Positions 32,028 through 41,449 of a DNA stretch of 64,000 bases are shown one piece after another. Source of the stretch: an uncultured Candidatus Rokubacteria bacterium. Its GTDB lineage: Bacteria; Methylomirabilota; Methylomirabilia; Rokubacteriales; CSP1-6. The stretch's first letter is position 1; each line of letters opens with the position of its first letter. Position numbers and translations under genes: made by a program. Under the pieces are notes generated by a model, which worked only from the letters and a program-made list of their open reading frames with translations, searched no databases and was not told the origin of the DNA. The stretch is taken from contig CAVYTA010000006.1 of the NCBI GenBank assembly GCA_963771355.1, positions 1,952,001-2,016,000 of the forward strand. The letters run 5' to 3'.

Positions 32028-33643
32028 CGCGCCCCATGTCCCGAGGCATGATCTGCGCGGCACAGCCGGAATCGACCGAGGCGGGTGCGCTCGTCATGCG
32101 CGCGGGCGGCAATGCGGTGGACGGCGCCATCGCCTGCGCACTGACCGCGGGCGTGGTGGACCCGATGATGACCGGCATCGCCGGGTTCGGGAGCTGCCAG
32201 ATCTACCTCCCCGGCAAGGGCGTCCACGAGGTCATCGACTTCCACGGCAAGACTCCCGCGGCGGCGCGCCCCGACATGTGGGCGCATCTCATCGAGGGCG
32301 AGACGCGCGACGGCTTCGGTTTCGTCCTCAAGGGGCGCGTGAACGACCTCGGCTATCAGTCCATCACGGTGCCCGGCAGCCTCAAGGCCTTTCACGAGGC
32401 GCAGACCGCGTACGGCGCCCTGCCCTGGGCGCAGGTCGTCCAGCCGGCCATCGACTGGGCCGAGCGGGGCTGGCTGGTGAAGAACCACGTGGGCTACTGG
32501 TGGGCGATCGAGGAGCAGCTCGGTCGCGTCGCCAACCCCGAGCGGCTGCGCTTCAGCCGGAGCGGGCGGACGCTCTACTGCCGGCCGGACGGAAGTCCCA
32601 AGCGGGTCGGCGATACCGTGCGCAATCCGGAGCTGGCAGAGACGCTCCGCACGATCGCCAAGGGCGGCGCGGACGTCTTCTACCGGGGCGAGCTGGCCGA
32701 GCGGATCGCCGAGGACATGCGCCGGCACGGCGGTCTCCTGTCCGCCGAGGACCTCGCCAGCTATCGCACCCGCCACCACCCGCCGCTCTGGGGCACGTTC
32801 CGCGACTGGCGGCTCGCCACCAATCATCCCCCCGGCGGCGGGCTGATGCTCCTCCAGATGCTCAACATCCTGGAACAGTTCGATCTCAGGTCCCTCGAGC
32901 ACAACAGCGCGGCGTATCTTCGCATCGTCTCGGAGGCGATGAAGCGGGCGGTGGCCGACAAGGAAGCGCACGTGGGCGACCCTGCCTTCGTGCAGGTGCC
33001 GGTGGACCGGCTGCTGTCGAAGGAGTACGCGAAAGCGGTGGCGGCGGAGATCCGCGCCGGCCGGCGCCTCCGCATCGACCGGGTGGGCCTCGGCGAGCCG
33101 AAGGACACCACTCACGTGGCGGTCATCGATCGCGACGGTAATGCGGTGACCATGACGCATACGCTCGGCATGCCGTCCGGCGTGATCACCGACGGGCTCG
33201 GCTTCATGTACAACGGCGCGATGAGCGTCTTCGATCCGCGGCCCGGACGGCCGGGCTCGGTGGCCCCGGGCAAGAGCCGATTCAGCGCCATCTGCCCCAC
33301 GCTGGTGTTCGGGAGCGAGGGATTGCGCGCGGCCATCGGCGCGCCGGGGGGCGCCCAGATCGCCATCGGCGTGATGCAGGGCCTGGTCAATCTTCTCGAG
33401 TTCGGCATGTCCATGTCCGACGCGGTGGCCGCCCCGCGCTTCAGCGCCACCAGCCACATCATCGACGTGACCATGCGCATCCCGACGTTTGTCACCGACG
33501 AGCTGGAGCGGGACGGTTACACGATCGCGCGCAACCCCAACACGTTCGACGTGGCCGCGGTGCACGGCATCGAGGTACGTCCGGACGGTACCCTCCACGG
33601 CGGCGCCGACCCGGGGCACGATGGGATGGCGCTGGCGGTGTAG
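32024..33643 (+). CDS. ggt: Gamma-glutamyltransferase
   Basis: AGGNAVDGA, nucleophile DTTH, APGKSRFS, GAPGG, GGADP. Confidence 0.9.
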   Translation: MTRPMSRGMICAAQPESTEAGALVMRAGGNAVDGAIACALTAGVVDPMMTGIAGFGSCQIYLPGKGVHEVIDFHGKTPAAARPDMWAHLIEGETRDGFGFVLKGRVNDLGYQSITVPGSLKAFHEAQTAYGALPWAQVVQPAIDWAERGWLVKNHVGYWWAIEEQLGRVANPERLRFSRSGRTLYCRPDGSPKRVGDTVRNPELAETLRTIAKGGADVFYRGELAERIAEDMRRHGGLLSAEDLASYRTRHHPPLWGTFRDWRLATNHPPGGGLMLLQMLNILEQFDLRSLEHNSAAYLRIVSEAMKRAVADKEAHVGDPAFVQVPVDRLLSKEYAKAVAAEIRAGRRLRIDRVGLGEPKDTTHVAVIDRDGNAVTMTHTLGMPSGVITDGLGFMYNGAMSVFDPRPGRPGSVAPGKSRFSAICPTLVFGSEGLRAAIGAPGGAQIAIGVMQGLVNLLEFGMSMSDAVAAPRFSATSHIIDVTMRIPTFVTDELERDGYTIARNPNTFDVAAVHGIEVRPDGTLHGGADPGHDGMALAV

Positions 33644-33691
33644 CGGCCCCCCGCACCCGCGCCGCGTCGCTCGCCAGTCGCGCGGGCGCCC

Positions 33692-34741
33692 TCAGTCGCT
33701 CAGCCGATACACGCGCCGTGCGGTGCCCGCGAACAGCGCCCGCTTCTCCTCGGATGAAGCTCCCGCGGCGGTACGCTTGAGCGCGTTCCACAGCGCCGCC
33801 CAGCCGATCCCCATCTTGTCGACGGGGAAATTGCTCTCGTACAGGCAGCGATCCGCGCCGAAGAGCTCGAGACAGGGCCCGATGTAGGGGTCCCAGAGGG
33901 ACGCCAGCTCGCTCGAGGACGGCGGCGCCGGCTGGCTCCGATAGTCATAGGCGGCGAGCCGCATCATCATGCCGCCGAGCTTCATGACCACGTTGGGGCA
34001 GCGCGCGAGCTCGGTCACTCCCTTCTTCCACATCGCGTAGACCTCGTCCCGCTTGCCGGCATAAGGTCCATAGCCCAGCGGACCGCCCACGTGCCCCACG
34101 ATGATGCGCGCGTCGGGGTGGGCCCGCGCCAGATCCACGATGTCGTCGAGCTGCGGATGAAACACCCACGCGTCGAGCGAGAGTCCGAGCGCGATCAACC
34201 GGGCCAGCCCGGCGCGCAAGGCGCCGTCGCGGTACAGGTGCAGCCCGGTGGCGGTCTGACTGTTGCCGATGACGGGGCTCGCGTCCCACGCCGCCGAGTG
34301 ACGCACTCCGCGAAAGCGTCCGCCGCCGGCGCGGATCAGCGCCTCCAGCACCGGCTCCACGCGGTCGCCCAGGGTGAGGTCGGCGAAGCCGACGATGCCG
34401 GCGGCGACCCGCGGAGTTCCGTAGTTGCCGCTCTCGCTCATGGCCGCGATGCCCGCCACGAACTCCGTCTCGCCCACGGGCCGCAGCGCCTCGGGTCCTC
34501 CCGCGCGATACATGGCATGACATTCCATGAACACGCTGGCCACGAGGTTGTGTCCCGTGCGGACGTCGTCCAGGAACTCGTGCAGGAGGTAGCGGTGCCC
34601 GTTCCGCTCCCACAGGTGATGGTGGGTGTCGATGATGGGGAGCTCGGGCTCGAGAATAGGCTCGGCGGGCGCCTTCGCCAGCCAGGCCTCGTCGGGGGGG
34701 TGGATCCGGCCGAACTGGGTGGGTCGCGTCGGGGCGCTCAT
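33692..34741 (-). CDS. Amidohydrolase_2 family protein (lactonase-like)
   Basis: IIDTHHHLW, FRGVRH, LSLDAWVFHPQL, FGADRCLYESNFP. Confidence 0.88.
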   Translation of the reverse strand: MSAPTRPTQFGRIHPPDEAWLAKAPAEPILEPELPIIDTHHHLWERNGHRYLLHEFLDDVRTGHNLVASVFMECHAMYRAGGPEALRPVGETEFVAGIAAMSESGNYGTPRVAAGIVGFADLTLGDRVEPVLEALIRAGGGRFRGVRHSAAWDASPVIGNSQTATGLHLYRDGALRAGLARLIALGLSLDAWVFHPQLDDIVDLARAHPDARIIVGHVGGPLGYGPYAGKRDEVYAMWKKGVTELARCPNVVMKLGGMMMRLAAYDYRSQPAPPSSSELASLWDPYIGPCLELFGADRCLYESNFPVDKMGIGWAALWNALKRTAAGASSEEKRALFAGTARRVYRLSD

Positions 34742-34775
34742 GAGCCGGCAGTGTAGCCCATGCTAGGCTGGGCGC

Positions 34776-34873
34776 ATGAACATCCACGTGCTCGACGACT
34801 ATCAGGATATGTCGTCAATCCCGACGCGCTGACCATCGGGATCCGCCGGCTCGCGAACGGCCCCTTCGCCTAG
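34776..34873 (+). pseudogene. Collapsed remnant of a D-2-hydroxyacid dehydrogenase gene (first 11 codons joined to last ~21)
   Basis: ATG-MNIHVLDDYQD joined out of frame to VVNPDALTIGIRRLANGPFA*; the two pieces resemble the family's N- and C-terminal ends. Confidence 0.65.
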
Positions 34874-34880
34874 CGTGGCC

Positions 34881-34956
34881 GGCGCGGCGGGCGGTGGGAT
34901 GCCCGCCGCGCCTCGCCCGCCCGGCCTGCCGCGAGGTCGGCGGCGCCGGGCGGGCG
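34881..34956. terminator. Two adjacent 12-bp GC-rich hairpins between convergent genes
   Basis: ggcgcggcgggc/gcccgccgcgcc (34881-34912) and cgcccgcccggc/gccgggcgggcg (34914-34956). Confidence 0.55.
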
Positions 34957-34963
34957 CTCGCCG

Positions 34964-36220
34964 TCAGTCACACTCCAGGTGCGGGTGGCGGTTTCCGGCG
35001 CCGGTGAAGCAGGCTGCGTAGTCGGGATTCCGGAGGAGATTGAAGAGGACCCGGGCTGCCACCGCGGTGTCCGCGAAATCGGAGAACACCCCGTCGACAC
35101 CGAGCTGGTAGAGCTGCAGGTACTCGTTGACGGGATCGCCCTTGTAGTCCGAGACCAGGCGCCGCTGCTCGTTGCGGAAGGTCCACGTGTGCACGACGAG
35201 CCCATGCTGATGCGCGCGGGTGATCAGGTCGGTGGGGGGGAGAAGCTTCCGGTCGGCCTCGTTCACGATGCCGTCGCCATTCTCGTCGCCGATGTTGCCG
35301 TCCCCGTTCAGATCCACCGCCGCCGTGCTGACGATGTAGCGCTTCCACGGCCCGATGCCGTCCGCGTACGTCCGGATCTCGCCGAGCCCCTCGTTGGTGG
35401 TGAAGAAGTCGAACCGCCGGGCGAGGAGCTCGGGCTTGCCGGAGACGGTCCAGTCGTACGGCCGATCGAACGGAGCGGTGAAGTCGAGACTGCCGTCTGG
35501 ATTCACATCGTTGGCGTCGACCAGCTGCACCAGCCTCACCGGAGTCAGCTTCCGCAGCTTCTTGAGGTTCGACTGCTCGAAGGACTGGATGAAGACCAGC
35601 GCTTCGCGACGGTTCAGGCCCGTGACCCGCAGGGTCCGGACGAGCGGCTCCTCGAGGGGAAGGCCCAGCGCCTCGTGATAGGTCGGGTGCTTGGTCTCGG
35701 GATAGATACCGATGGTGCGGTCCTTCTCCTTCGACTTCCCCTTGACGAGCTCGATGACCTCCGCCAGGGTCGGGATCTGGAACTTGCCGTTGAACTGCTG
35801 CGGCCGCTCGCCGAAGGCCTGGACCGCGCGCAGAGTCTTGATCTCGGCGAGGGTGAAGTCCGACGCGAACCAGCCCTGCTCCGGGAAGCCGTCGACGATC
35901 GCGGTGCGGAAGCGGCCGGCGAACTCGGGCCGGTCCTTCACATCGGTGGTCGCGATCAGGTTGGGCTCGTGTCGGGCAATGAGGTGGCCGTCCTTCGTCG
36001 ACACCAGGTCGGGCTCCACGTAATCGGCGCCCAGCTCGATGGCGAGGGCATAGCTCTCCAAGGTGTGCTCGGGCAGATACCCGCCGGCTCCCCGGTGCCC
36101 GATGACGAGCGGGGAGGAGGGCTCGCCGCGCGAGTCGGCGATGGCTGGCGCGACGCTGAGCATCGCGACGGCGAGGGTGACCAGCACTCTCCACAGGCGC
36201 TGACGGGGGCGGGTCCGCAT
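34964..36220 (-). CDS. glpQ: Secreted glycerophosphodiester phosphodiesterase
   Basis: Signal peptide; [46 protein letters not shown]. Confidence 0.92.
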   Translation of the reverse strand: MRTRPRQRLWRVLVTLAVAMLSVAPAIADSRGEPSSPLVIGHRGAGGYLPEHTLESYALAIELGADYVEPDLVSTKDGHLIARHEPNLIATTDVKDRPEFAGRFRTAIVDGFPEQGWFASDFTLAEIKTLRAVQAFGERPQQFNGKFQIPTLAEVIELVKGKSKEKDRTIGIYPETKHPTYHEALGLPLEEPLVRTLRVTGLNRREALVFIQSFEQSNLKKLRKLTPVRLVQLVDANDVNPDGSLDFTAPFDRPYDWTVSGKPELLARRFDFFTTNEGLGEIRTYADGIGPWKRYIVSTAAVDLNGDGNIGDENGDGIVNEADRKLLPPTDLITRAHQHGLVVHTWTFRNEQRRLVSDYKGDPVNEYLQLYQLGVDGVFSDFADTAVAARVLFNLLRNPDYAACFTGAGNRHPHLECD

Positions 36221-36397
36221 GACGTGCCTCCTTGGGTATGGGGTGAACTCGCCCAGGGTGGCCCCGCCGGCGTTGACGTTGCTATGAAGCTTCGATCACG
36301 GGACGCCGACGCGGCCGGCATCTCGCCGGTGATGCGGGGGCCTTGCCGGCCCCCCTATACTGGGAGGCGACGGAACACGAGGGGGAGGTAGCGCGAC

Positions 36398-36865
36398 ATG
36401 ACGACCTTCAACGTGAACGGACGTGCGGTGTCCGTGTCGGCCGATCCGGACAAGCCCCTCCTCTGGGTGCTCCGCGAGGACCTCGGGCTCACCGGCACCA
36501 AGTTCGGCTGCGGCATGGCGCTCTGCGGCGCCTGCACCGTGCATGTCGACGGCTCGCCCGTCCGGTCCTGCGTGACGCCGCTGGCCGCGGCCGGCGGCAA
36601 GCGCGTCACCACCATCGAGGGCCTGGCGCGTGGCGAGCGGCTGCACCCGCTGCAGGAGGCCTTCATCGAGCAGGACGTGCCTCAGTGCGGCTACTGCCAG
36701 TCCGGGCAGGTCATGAGCGCGGCCGCGCTCCTCGCCAAGCAGCGAAACCCCACCGACGCGGACATCGACGCGGCCATGAGCGGGAATATCTGTCGCTGCG
36801 GCACCTATCAGCGCATCCGCGCGGCGATCAAGCAGGCGGCGGCCCGCATGGGAAAGGGGGCCTGA
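36398..36865 (+). CDS. (2Fe-2S)-binding subunit, IorA/CoxS family
   Basis: [34 protein letters not shown]. Confidence 0.93.
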   Translation: MTTFNVNGRAVSVSADPDKPLLWVLREDLGLTGTKFGCGMALCGACTVHVDGSPVRSCVTPLAAAGGKRVTTIEGLARGERLHPLQEAFIEQDVPQCGYCQSGQVMSAAALLAKQRNPTDADIDAAMSGNICRCGTYQRIRAAIKQAAARMGKGA

Positions 36866-36866
36866 G

Positions 36867-39023
36867 ATGGCACTCCGGCCCTCGCGTCGCGACTTCCTGG
36901 GAACGGCCGCGCTCTCCGGCGGCATTCTGCTCGGCTTCCGCCTGCCCGTCCTCGCCCAGTCCCCTGCCCCCGGCGCCGCGGCGACCGCCGGCGACTTCTC
37001 GCCCAACGCCTTCATCCGCATCAGCCGGCAGAACGTCGTCACAATTCTCGTGAACAAGTCGGAGATGGGACAGGGCATCTACACGTCCCTCCCCATGCTC
37101 ATCGCCGAGGAGCTCGAGGTGGAGCTCGCGAAGGTGAAGGTGGCGGCGGCACCGGTGGGCGCGGCCTATGGGCACCCGGAGTTCGGCATGCAGTTCACCG
37201 GTGGCAGCATGAGCATCGCCAGCGAGTGGGAGCGTCTGCGCCGGGCGGGCGCGACCGCGCGCGAGATGCTGCTGACCGCGGCGGCGGACACGTGGAAGGT
37301 GGACCGGGCCACGCTGCGCGCGGAGAACGGCCGCGTGCTGGGGCCCGGCGGCCGCTCGCTCACCTACGGCCAGCTCGTGGACAAGGCCCGCACGGTGCCC
37401 GTGCCCGCGAACGTCCCCCTCAAGGACCCGTCGCAGTTCAAGATCATCGGCAAGCCCACGCGCCGCCTCGACAGCCGCGCGAAGGTGACCGGAGAGGCCA
37501 CCTTCGGGCTCGATGCGACGGTGCCCGGCATGCTCGTGGCCCTGGTGGCGCGGCCACCCGTGTTCGGCGGCACCGTGAAGCAGCTCGCCGCCGACCGCGC
37601 GCGGGCGGTGCGCGGCGTCAAGCAGGTGCTCCAGGTGCCCTCGGGCGTGGCCGTCGTCGCCGACTCATTCTGGGCGGCCAAGAAGGGGCGCGACGCGCTC
37701 GAGATCGACTGGGAGTCCGGGCCGGCCTCGGCCGTCGACACCGACAGCCTGCAGGCAGACTACGCGCGCCTTGCGAAGACGCCGGGCGCCCGCGTCAGCC
37801 GCGTCGGGGACGTGGAGGCCGCGCTGGGAACGGCCGCGAAGCGAGTCAGCGCCGAATACGACATGCCCTACCTCGCGCATGCGCCGATGGAGCCGCTCAA
37901 CTGCCTGGTCTCGCTCGCGCCGGATCGGTGCCAGATCTGGACCGGCACCCAGTTCCAGACGGTGGACCAGGCGAACGCCGCGCGGGCGGCGGGACTCAGG
38001 CCCGAGCAGGTCGAGATCAATACGCTCTTCCTCGGCGGCGGCTTCGGCCGGCGGGCCACGCCCAGCTCGGACTTCATCGTGGAGGCCGTCCACGTCGCCA
38101 AGGCGGCCGGCGCGCCCGTCAAGACCATCTGGACGCGAGAGGACGATCTCCGGGGCGGCTACTATCGCCCGATGTGGAATTCGGCCATCAGCGCCGGGCT
38201 CGACGCGGGCGGCAAGCCCGTTGCCTGGAAGCACACGATCGTCGGCCAGTCCGTCACCGAAGGCACCCCGTTCGCCGGGGCCACGATCAAGGACGGCGTC
38301 GACCAGACGTCAGTGGAAGGCGCGGCGGTTCTTCCCTACACCGTGCCCGCCATCGCGGTCGATCTCCACAGCCCGAAGTCGGTGGTGCCGGTGCTCTGGT
38401 GGCGCTCCGTCGGCCACACCCATACCGGCTTCGTGGTGGAGAGCTTCATGGACGAGCTCGCGCAAGCCGCCGGCAAGGATCCCTACCAGTTCCGCCGCGA
38501 GCTGCTCGCGGGCCACCCTCGTCACCTGGGCGTGCTCGACCTCGCGGCGCAGCGAGCGGGCTGGGGCACGCCGCCGCCCGCGGGTCAGGCCCGCGGCATC
38601 GCCGTCCACTCATCCTTCGGGAGCTGGTGCGCCCAGGTCGCGGAAGTCTCGCTCCGCGACAAGGCGATCCGGGTGCATCGGGTGGTCTGCGCCATCGACT
38701 GCGGCCGGGCCATCAACCCCGAGACCATCCGCGCGCAGATGGAGGGCGGCATTGTCTTCGGCCTCTCGGCGGCGCTCTACGGGCAGATCACCCTGAAGCA
38801 GGGGCGCGTCCAGCAGTCGAACTTCCACGACTACCCGGTGCTGCGCATGGACGCCATGCCGAAGGTGGAGGTGCACATCGTGCCGAGCACGGAGAAGCCC
38901 TCGGGCATCGGCGAACCCGGCACGCCGCTCATGGCGGCGGCGCTGTGCAATGCGCTCTTCGCCTTGACCGGCCGGCGCCTCCGCTCGCTGCCCCTCGTTC
39001 GCCACGGCTTCGAGTCCGCCTGA
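36867..39023 (+). CDS. Molybdopterin-binding subunit, IorB/aldehyde oxidoreductase family, Tat-exported
   Basis: SRRDFL Tat motif, [36 protein letters not shown]. Confidence 0.93.
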   Translation: MALRPSRRDFLGTAALSGGILLGFRLPVLAQSPAPGAAATAGDFSPNAFIRISRQNVVTILVNKSEMGQGIYTSLPMLIAEELEVELAKVKVAAAPVGAAYGHPEFGMQFTGGSMSIASEWERLRRAGATAREMLLTAAADTWKVDRATLRAENGRVLGPGGRSLTYGQLVDKARTVPVPANVPLKDPSQFKIIGKPTRRLDSRAKVTGEATFGLDATVPGMLVALVARPPVFGGTVKQLAADRARAVRGVKQVLQVPSGVAVVADSFWAAKKGRDALEIDWESGPASAVDTDSLQADYARLAKTPGARVSRVGDVEAALGTAAKRVSAEYDMPYLAHAPMEPLNCLVSLAPDRCQIWTGTQFQTVDQANAARAAGLRPEQVEINTLFLGGGFGRRATPSSDFIVEAVHVAKAAGAPVKTIWTREDDLRGGYYRPMWNSAISAGLDAGGKPVAWKHTIVGQSVTEGTPFAGATIKDGVDQTSVEGAAVLPYTVPAIAVDLHSPKSVVPVLWWRSVGHTHTGFVVESFMDELAQAAGKDPYQFRRELLAGHPRHLGVLDLAAQRAGWGTPPPAGQARGIAVHSSFGSWCAQVAEVSLRDKAIRVHRVVCAIDCGRAINPETIRAQMEGGIVFGLSAALYGQITLKQGRVQQSNFHDYPVLRMDAMPKVEVHIVPSTEKPSGIGEPGTPLMAAALCNALFALTGRRLRSLPLVRHGFESA

Positions 39024-39037
39024 GGAGGTCACGGTCC

Positions 39038-39616
39038 ATGCGACCCTGGAAGCGACTGATCCCCGCCGGCCTGCTGGGCGGCGCCCTCGTGCTCTTCAGC
39101 GCGAGCGCGGCGGGCGCCCAGACCGACGCCGCGAAGCGCGAGGAATCGGAGCGGGCCTTCGCCCGCATCGCCGAGGTGCTCCGCCATCCCCGCTGCATGA
39201 ACTGCCATCCCGTCGGCGACTCCCCGCGCCAGACCGACGATCGACACCTCCATCGCATGCTGGTCGCGCGCGGTCCCGACGATCGCGGTACGCCGGCCAT
39301 GCGTTGCACCACCTGCCATCAGACCGTCAATACCGCCGATGGCCGGGTGCCCGGCGCGCCCCACTGGCACCTGGCCCCGCGCCGCATGGGCTGGGAAGGA
39401 TTGAGCGACGGCGAGCTCTGCCGTGCCCTCAAGGATCCCAAGCGAAACGGCGGGCGATCCATCCCCGCCCTCGTTCAGCACATGACGTCGGACGCGCTCG
39501 TGCAGTGGGCGTGGAATCCCGGCCTCCGCTCCCTGCCTCCGCTGTCCCAGCACGAGTTCCACGAGATCGTAAAGGGCTGGGCGGCCTCCGGCGCCGCCTG
39601 CCCGTCATCGGGGTGA
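39038..39616 (+). CDS. Periplasmic dihaem c-type cytochrome associated with IorAB
   Basis: Signal peptide; HPRCMNCH and CTTCH; PGAPHWHLAP; SD GAGGAGG. Confidence 0.85.
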   Translation: MRPWKRLIPAGLLGGALVLFSASAAGAQTDAAKREESERAFARIAEVLRHPRCMNCHPVGDSPRQTDDRHLHRMLVARGPDDRGTPAMRCTTCHQTVNTADGRVPGAPHWHLAPRRMGWEGLSDGELCRALKDPKRNGGRSIPALVQHMTSDALVQWAWNPGLRSLPPLSQHEFHEIVKGWAASGAACPSSG

Positions 39617-39694
39617 CATACGAGGGTGACGCAAGAGGGCTGACGTAAAAGTCTTGGCGCCAAGGGGCCGCGGGCTCACACTGGCGCCAAGGGG
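39611..39694. promoter_or_regulatory. Repeat-rich putative regulatory region
   Basis: TGAC-containing repeats at 39614, 39627, 39641; perfect palindrome CTTGGCGCCAAG 39653-39664; TGGCGCCAAGGGG repeated at 39655 and 39682. Confidence 0.45.
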
Positions 39695-39702
39695 GGCGAG
39701 CC

Positions 39703-39861
39703 ATGGTCATACGCGTTCGCGAACCCGGGATCGGCTCGGTGACCTGTCCGGACTGTGGGCACCAGATGCGGCGGACGGACATGATCCTCGAGGGGGATCA
39801 GCTCGTCATGCACCTGGAGTGCCCGGCCTGCGGCTACAGGCGGAAGCGCGTGCTCTCCTAG
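39703..39861 (+). CDS. 52-aa zinc-ribbon protein (absent from ORF track)
   Basis: MVIRVREPGIGSVTCPDCGHQMRRTDMILEGDQLVMHLECPACGYRRKRVLS*; two CPxCG motifs; stop overlaps convergent gene stop. Confidence 0.72.
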   Translation: MVIRVREPGIGSVTCPDCGHQMRRTDMILEGDQLVMHLECPACGYRRKRVLS

Positions 39862-40709
39862 ATCAGGGACCACCTCGACGCCGCGCCGCTGACCTTCTCC
39901 TCGCGCACGCGCTGCTCCGCGGCCAGCTTCTTGAGGTGCGAGTGCACGGACTGGCCCGCCATGAGGTGCAGCGCCTCGGGCACGTCCTTGTAGATCACCT
40001 TGACCATCTCGGGGATGGTGCGCGTCCCCGTCCCCATCACCTCGAGGATCTGGCGCTCCCGCTGGAGCCGGTGGTCGATGTACTCCTGGATCTTCGCCTT
40101 GGCGTTCTCGATCACCGGTCCGTGCGCGGGATAGATGCGCTCGACGTCGAGCTTCTGGATGCGGCGCAGCGAGGCCATGTACTGGACGAGGTCGCCGTCG
40201 TCTTCGGGGATCACGGTGGTGGAGCCGCCCAGGACCACGTCGCCGGTGAAGAGCGCCCGGGTCTCGGGCACGTAGTAGCAGAGGTGGTCGGAGGCATGCC
40301 CCGGCGTGTGGATGGGCACCAGCGTGACCCCGTCGGCCTCCACCTTCTGGCCGTCGCGCAGATCCGTGATGCCGGCCGGCAAGTCGGTGTCCTTGTGGAT
40401 CATCTTGGACACGGGGGTGCCCGGGTACTGGACGAGAAGGTCCTTCACCCCGCCCAGATGATCCTTGTGGCGGTGGGTGAGGAGCACGCGCGCCGGCTTG
40501 CGCCAGCCGCGCTCCGCCATGTAGGTCTCCAGCAGCGGCATCCACCCGGCCACGCCCACCCCGGTGTCGATCAGGACGGGCTCGCGGTCGCCCACGAGAT
40601 AGGTATTCGTGCCGGGCCCCGTCATCATGCCGGGGTTCAGGCCGAGCACACGGCCTACCCAGTCGGCGGGAGTGGCCGTCTTCGGAAAATCCGGATCGAT
40701 CCAGGGCAT
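39858..40709 (-). CDS. Metallo-beta-lactamase-fold hydrolase (LACTB2-like, C-terminal winged helix)
   Basis: NPGMMTGPGTNTYLVG, THRHKDHLGG, HTPGHASDH, YPAHG. Confidence 0.9.
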   Translation of the reverse strand: MPWIDPDFPKTATPADWVGRVLGLNPGMMTGPGTNTYLVGDREPVLIDTGVGVAGWMPLLETYMAERGWRKPARVLLTHRHKDHLGGVKDLLVQYPGTPVSKMIHKDTDLPAGITDLRDGQKVEADGVTLVPIHTPGHASDHLCYYVPETRALFTGDVVLGGSTTVIPEDDGDLVQYMASLRRIQKLDVERIYPAHGPVIENAKAKIQEYIDHRLQRERQILEVMGTGTRTIPEMVKVIYKDVPEALHLMAGQSVHSHLKKLAAEQRVREEKVSGAASRWSLI

Positions 40710-40750
40710 GGGATTCCTTTCCGGGCTCCAGGGCCGCGGGCTAAGCCACG

Positions 40751-41449
40751 CTAGGCCACACCGAGATAGCGGCGCTTCACGTCCTCGTTCGCCTCCAGGC
40801 CGGCCGGCGTCCCCTCGTAGACGATCTGCCCCTTGTTCACCACGTATACTCGGTCCGCCACCTGCAGCGCCAGGTGATAGTTCTGCTCGACGAGAAGTAT
40901 GGACAGCCGCTCCCCCTTGAGCCGCTTCACCACCTGGCCGATCTCCCGCACGATGAGGGGGGCCAGGCCCTCGGACGGCTCGTCCAGGAGCAGCAAGCGG
41001 CCATTGGTGAGGAGCGCGCGCCCGATGGCCAGCATCTGCTGCTCGCCGCCGGACAGCGTACCGCCGGCCTGGTCCGCCCGCTCGCGCAGCCGCGGGAAGA
41101 GCGCGAAGACCCGATCGAGCGTCCAGCCGGCGGCGCGGGCCCCCAGCGTCAGGTTCTCGCGCACGCTGAGCGGCGCGAAGATCCGGCGGCCCTGGGGCAC
41201 CAGTGCGATGCCGCGGCGAGCGATCCGATGCGCGGGCCAGGCCTCGATGGCGGCGCCGTCGAAGACGATGCGGCCGGCGCGCGGCGGCGTGAAGCCCACG
41301 ATGCTCCGGATCACCGTGGTCTTCCCCGCCCCGTTGCGGCCGAGTAGCGCCACCGCCTCGCCGGCGCCCACGGTCAGCGAGACGCCGTGGAGCACGTGGC
41401 TCTCGCCGTAGTAGGTCTGGATGCCCTCGACCTCCAGCATGGCGCTCAT
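40751..41449 (-). CDS. livF: LivF-like ABC ATPase
   Basis: GRNGAGKTT, LSGGEQQMLAIGRAL, DEPSEGLAP. Confidence 0.9.
   Translation of the reverse strand: MSAMLEVEGIQTYYGESHVLHGVSLTVGAGEAVALLGRNGAGKTTVIRSIVGFTPPRAGRIVFDGAAIEAWPAHRIARRGIALVPQGRRIFAPLSVRENLTLGARAAGWTLDRVFALFPRLRERADQAGGTLSGGEQQMLAIGRALLTNGRLLLLDEPSEGLAPLIVREIGQVVKRLKGERLSILLVEQNYHLALQVADRVYVVNKGQIVYEGTPAGLEANEDVKRRYLGVA

Noticed and set aside
37226..39037. Apparent 796-aa cytochrome ORF
   Set aside because: Upstream part is an off-frame shadow of iorB; the real gene starts at ATG 39038 with an SD.
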